A stretch of 64,000 nucleotides of DNA from a virus. Taxonomy: Duplodnaviria > Caudoviricetes. The stretch is from IMG/VR virus record IMGVR_UViG_2795385551_000010, positions 38,919 to 102,918 of that record, one strand, 5' to 3'. A program made the position numbers and the translations under genes. Shown piece by piece: positions 60,668 to 64,000 of the stretch; the stretch's first letter is position 1, and every line of letters starts with the position of its first letter. The notes beneath the pieces are model-generated. The model had not been told where the DNA came from and made no database searches. It worked only from the letters and a program-made list of their open reading frames with translations.

Positions 60668-60964
60668 TCAAACACTTACATTCCCTTCCCTTAACTCGCG
60701 GCCCCCATATGAACCGCGACGAAAATCCTTTTTCCAGCCTTTGTCATCGCGCCACATAACCGTGACAACGGTTCCATCAGCGGCGACGAGAAGCGATAAC
60801 TTGTCGCGCTTGAAATAACGGCGTCCCGGATGATCACTCGCCTGCTCGACAAGCTCAGGGCTCGTGAGCGTCAACCGCAGTTGGCGGGGGTCGACTTGCA
60901 TATCCAAGGCCCGCGCAAGCGCATGCCTGCTAAACGTAAATCCCTCTGCTAATTTCATGCCCAC
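60668..60964 (-). CDS. DUF4258-like protein (RelE-like fold)
   Basis: FSRHALARA...VVTVM. Confidence 0.55.
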   Translation of the reverse strand: MGMKLAEGFTFSRHALARALDMQVDPRQLRLTLTSPELVEQASDHPGRRYFKRDKLSLLVAADGTVVTVMWRDDKGWKKDFRRGSYGGRELREGNVSV

Positions 60965-61254
60965 GGCCTCCTCACGCGCACTTTCCGAACTGCATTAGCG
61001 GTAACGCCAGGCACGCGCGGATTAGAACAACCGTCACGGCCCTCAAGGATCACGCGGATACCTCGTCGCTTAGCGATTCCAGCTAGAGCGCGTGTGTAGT
61101 CCAGTGGCATTGGCTCACGTCGATCAGGTGGTGTAACGAGCGCCATTGTGAGCCACGAATTGAGCATGCGTTTCTGCTCGGCAGTCATCCCACGGAGAGC
61201 GGGGCCGGTAGGTTTACCAAGATTGATAGCCATTTCACGAACCTCTCTGCGCAT
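60955..61254 (-). CDS. Hypothetical protein
   Basis: ORF downstream of the RNA cluster. Confidence 0.5.
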   Translation of the reverse strand: MRREVREMAINLGKPTGPALRGMTAEQKRMLNSWLTMALVTPPDRREPMPLDYTRALAGIAKRRGIRVILEGRDGCSNPRVPGVTANAVRKVRVRRPWA

Positions 61255-61276
61255 CTAAATGGATTAGATAAGAGCG

Positions 61277-61391
61277 TCAGCCGGGGAGCGGAAGCCCGGT
61301 AGCGTGGAGACTCCGCAATAAGCCCCACCTACAAACAGGCGCATGACCACGAATAGCGCTGTTTCCAATTAGGCTCGCTCTACCCGGCTGA
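61277..61391 (-). ncRNA. Structured RNA candidate
   Basis: Closing stem TCAGCCGGG/CCCGGCTGA plus GAGCG/CGCTC and two internal hairpins. Confidence 0.5.
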
Positions 61392-61395
61392 CTAG

Positions 61396-61495
61396 CTGCG
61401 CGTCGGGAATCGAACCCGAAACACCCTTCACAGTCAGCGACAATCGCAATTGGATAAGTCACTAGGGTGTGGCAGCCAAATACCTGCCTCGCGCA
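61396..61495 (-). ncRNA. tRNA-like RNA with extended non-anticodon arm
   Basis: Acceptor TGCGCG/CGCGCA, D arm GGCAG/CTGCC, T arm TCGGG-TTCGATT-CCCGA. Confidence 0.65.
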
Positions 61496-61498
61496 TCC

Positions 61499-61611
61499 TC
61501 ACAACGGGAACCGGCCATTATCTACCTCCGCGTACAGGTCGGTACGCGAGTCAGGGCTAAGAACCCATACAGGTTCCGCCCATACCATTAGGCTTTATGC
61601 TCCCGTTGTGA
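61499..61611 (-). ncRNA. Structured RNA candidate
   Basis: 11-bp closing stem TCACAACGGGA/TCCCGTTGTGA; internal GAACC/GGTTC and CGCGTAC/GTACGCG hairpins. Confidence 0.5.
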
Positions 61612-61737
61612 AAGCACACAATATTCATTGCGACCTCAACTTGACGGCGAATCGCACGTCCACCCGGACAAAGACACGGGAGCCCCGACAACGGGGATAC
61701 TTCGTATGGTCTGCTGTAAAGTTTTTCGTGGTTGGTA

Positions 61738-61767
61738 GGTCTAGAACTGGTAAAACAGTTCTGTCAA
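61738..61767 (-). promoter_or_regulatory. Promoter with palindromic operator
   Basis: TTGACA-18 bp-TAGACC; spacer is AGAACTG-N6-CAGTTCT. Confidence 0.65.
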
Positions 61768-61859
61768 AAGCAGGTTGAATCGGGCGGCAAGCCGGTACAG
61801 GCGAACCTTTACGATCCTGCGCGCCCGGACAACTCTACTTCTGATACCCATTTGTTTAA

Positions 61860-62201
61860 TTATCCCCTATGTAGGGGAACAACCGTAAACTCGTGGGTTT
61901 CGACAATCTCGAAACCAATGGGCTCATCCTCTTCAAACTCGCACGGAAGCAAGTTCACTTCGCACAAGTTGTCGACAATGGCATTGGCAATCATGGACAG
62001 ACTGTCAAAGCTTATGGACGGAAGCCACTGGGTCAGCTCTTCGGTAACGCGGTGGACAACGTATCCGCGCTCTACCGGATCTTCATGCGACCCCGCAATT
62101 TCCTTAATGTCGCTTAGCGTGGTCAACACAGCGGCAAGACGGGCTTCGGTATCCAAGTTCTGAACTACTCGCATTTTCACGGTCCTTACACTTTGTCCCA
62201 C
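61860..62201 (-). CDS. Hypothetical acidic protein
   Basis: ORF in early operon. Confidence 0.55.
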   Translation of the reverse strand: MGQSVRTVKMRVVQNLDTEARLAAVLTTLSDIKEIAGSHEDPVERGYVVHRVTEELTQWLPSISFDSLSMIANAIVDNLCEVNLLPCEFEEDEPIGFEIVETHEFTVVPLHRG

Positions 62202-62389
62202 GGAAGCGATTCCGCGAATTTCTTAAGTTCGTCCATCGGGACGAGAATCTTTCGCCCGTACTGCTTGGTAAAAATCTTTCCCGCGCGGCGCACGTCATCG
62301 AACTCGCGCGGTGACAGTCCGATCATTTCCGCCGCTTGGAGCCTTGGCACTAGCACCGGCTCGGCAGTGACCGCCTGGACCAGCGTCAC
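62186..62389 (-). CDS. Excisionase-like HTH protein
   Basis: QAAEMIGLS...AGKI...GRKILVP..EL. Confidence 0.75.
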   Translation of the reverse strand: MTLVQAVTAEPVLVPRLQAAEMIGLSPREFDDVRRAGKIFTKQYGRKILVPMDELKKFAESLPWDKV

Positions 62390-62649
62390 CGCTTGGCCCT
62401 TAGCAAGGTCGGGGTACGGCGCGGATCAATGATGAGGTTGTTGACGGGGACATTGAATCGGTAGGAAATCGCGGCCATCATTCGGCAGTTGGCCCGACCC
62501 TGCCAGTTATTGTTGAACGCCCGTCTAACCGTGGTCGGCGGCTCCCCGGTCTCGCGGGCCAGTTCCTCTCGCGTCTCAATTCCGTTGATACGCATCAGGT
62601 CTCGCACGTTGGTGTGGTTCCAGTGGATGGTTGGTGTGTTCGTCGGCAC
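62386..62649 (-). CDS. Cro-like HTH protein
   Basis: REELARETGEPPTTVRRAF; divergent from repressor. Confidence 0.7.
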   Translation of the reverse strand: MPTNTPTIHWNHTNVRDLMRINGIETREELARETGEPPTTVRRAFNNNWQGRANCRMMAAISYRFNVPVNNLIIDPRRTPTLLRAKR

Positions 62650-62688
62650 GCTTGCAACGCTAGTCGACGCCTCGTCAAAAATGCAAGC
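62650..62688 (-). promoter_or_regulatory. Leaderless cro promoter with inverted-repeat operator
   Basis: TTGCAT-18-TAGCGT-7 nt-GTG; flanked by GCTTGCA...TGCAAGC. Confidence 0.7.
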
Positions 62689-62750
62689 ACACCTTCAAAA
62701 TTGGCTGTGTCGTGTCATGACTGAAAGGTTGTCTTCGCTGGTGACGGTTG

Positions 62751-62780
62751 TTGCGTCACAACCGAAAGTGGCTGTAGAGT
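62751..62780 (+). promoter_or_regulatory. Leaderless repressor promoter
   Basis: TTGCGT-18-TAGAGT-7 nt-ATG. Confidence 0.7.
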
Positions 62781-62787
62781 CCTCAAC

Positions 62788-63141
62788 ATGCGAACGAACA
62801 AGGACGGCAACGACATCCGGCGCGTGCTCGAATACGCGCTACGACGCGAGGTGCCAAACCGAGAAATCGCCGCCGTGCTTGGAATCTCCGAAAGCACCTA
62901 CAGCCGCCGACAAGGCGATGACACATTCCCCACCTTCGAGGATCTAGCCACACTCGCCACCGAGTACGGACTAGTCGCCGCAGCACTCCAATACGACTTC
63001 GGACTGATAGATGACGAGGCCATCGAGTTTCTGCGGGAGCACCGATCCGGCCACCCTACGATGACCACAAGCCGAAAGGAGGTAGCAATGACCCAAAGGG
63101 CTAGGCGAGTAAAAACCGCCAAGAGCAAGCCGCCCCTCTAA
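62788..63141 (+). CDS. Immunity repressor (HTH)
   Basis: EIAAVLGISESTYSRR; divergent from cro/xis. Confidence 0.8.
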   Translation: MRTNKDGNDIRRVLEYALRREVPNREIAAVLGISESTYSRRQGDDTFPTFEDLATLATEYGLVAAALQYDFGLIDDEAIEFLREHRSGHPTMTTSRKEVAMTQRARRVKTAKSKPPL

Positions 63142-63238
63142 TAAGGGCGGTCGGGGGAAAGATCATCAATCGACTGACAGGGGCTAGGCCGTTTGCCTAC
63201 TCTGTCAGAACCAACCAACCACACGGGGAATCCACCAC

Positions 63239-64000
63239 ATGTCCGTATCAACGCTGATACTCGCTACCCTTTTTTCGATCACTTTCAGCCTGTGGGTCCG
63301 TCGCACCACCTGGAACCAGACCTACGAGCGCGCCGCCACCTTCAACCTCGTACTCCAAGGCTGCGCGGTCATCCTCATGTCGCCATGGGCATCCGAACAT
63401 ATCGGAAAACCAATCCACAGCGTGCTCGGAATCTATAACTTAGAAGACTATCTAGGCCATGACCTGTACATTGTCGCCGCATCCGCAATCGTATTAAACG
63501 CACTGGGACGCTTAGACGAGGGCACATACCTAACACGCTCATTCAAGCTATTCGTAGAGCTGCCCGCGACAATCTGCATTCCCTTAATGCTTTGCGTCTT
63601 CTCATTTAGCCGCGCAGCCGACACCTACGTCGTTGACTTCTTTCAAATGCCCGTAGACCTCTGGCTTGTGGCGTACTGGCTGATCCTCTGCGTAGTCCTT
63701 ATTCACCTGCTGACGTACGGCTCTAAGCTGCTTATCATCTTGCGCGATGACCCCCGGTCGCTTCAGGTCGCGGACGCCTATATTGCCTCCTGCGTCTGTG
63801 GAATCATCGCCTGCGGAGTGCGCATCACGGTTTCTATCACGCCGGTATCCCCCGTCGTCGGGAGCGCCATTGTATGGTTTTTCGCCTGTGCCTGCGGTGT
63901 CGGGTTTGCAGCTACCGCAGCTTACTCGTATCTGAATAAGGAAAAAGTCGAGCGCAGCGAAACCGCGCCCGACCATGCCCCTAAGCCAGAAACTGTCTAA
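63239..64000 (+). CDS. Multi-pass membrane protein, likely lysogen-expressed
   Basis: About 7 hydrophobic helices; same strand as and downstream of repressor. Confidence 0.75.
   Translation: MSVSTLILATLFSITFSLWVRRTTWNQTYERAATFNLVLQGCAVILMSPWASEHIGKPIHSVLGIYNLEDYLGHDLYIVAASAIVLNALGRLDEGTYLTRSFKLFVELPATICIPLMLCVFSFSRAADTYVVDFFQMPVDLWLVAYWLILCVVLIHLLTYGSKLLIILRDDPRSLQVADAYIASCVCGIIACGVRITVSITPVSPVVGSAIVWFFACACGVGFAATAAYSYLNKEKVERSETAPDHAPKPETV

Larger units (their letters stand above)
1..62649 (-). mobile_element. Temperate mycobacteriophage (siphovirus) genome or prophage, partial
   Basis: Canonical terminase-portal-capsid-tail order, tRNA array, WhiB genes, replication genes and a divergent cro/repressor; high GC. 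Confidence 0.95.

Noticed and set aside
61396-61495. tmRNA or canonical tRNA
   Set aside because: No G3:U70 alanine acceptor, no tag ORF seen and no 7-nt anticodon loop
1-64000. Specific phage cluster or host species assignment; integrase/att and lysis genes
   Set aside because: Assignment cannot be supported without a database search; no integrase or lysin is visible in this window

Overview
About 64 kb of a temperate mycobacterial siphovirus (tRNA-rich, probably cos-packaged). The likely genome ends are joined near 24.4-24.5 kb, so this is a prophage or circularised genome; integrase and lysis genes are not in the window. Minus strand 1-24.4 kb: virion operon (split terminase, portal, capsid, tail, tape measure, minor tails). 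Plus strand 25-31 kb: an island with three near-identical promoters and an AAA+/vWA pair. Minus strand 31-34.6 kb: 20 tRNAs, two with 8/4 folds. Minus strand 35-62.6 kb: replication, recombination and anti-defence genes (RNA ligase, Pnk, a NARP1-like NAD+ reconstitution pair, DUF2828), then the cro/repressor switch. Best candidate for a new system: a DUF2828 (Ro60/TROVE-like) gene followed by three small repeated stem RNAs that share a CAGC(A/G)A bulge and display tRNA-anticodon-like loops. A second promoter-driven cluster of structured, tRNA-like RNAs lies at 61.3-61.8 kb. All calls were made by eye; no searches were run.
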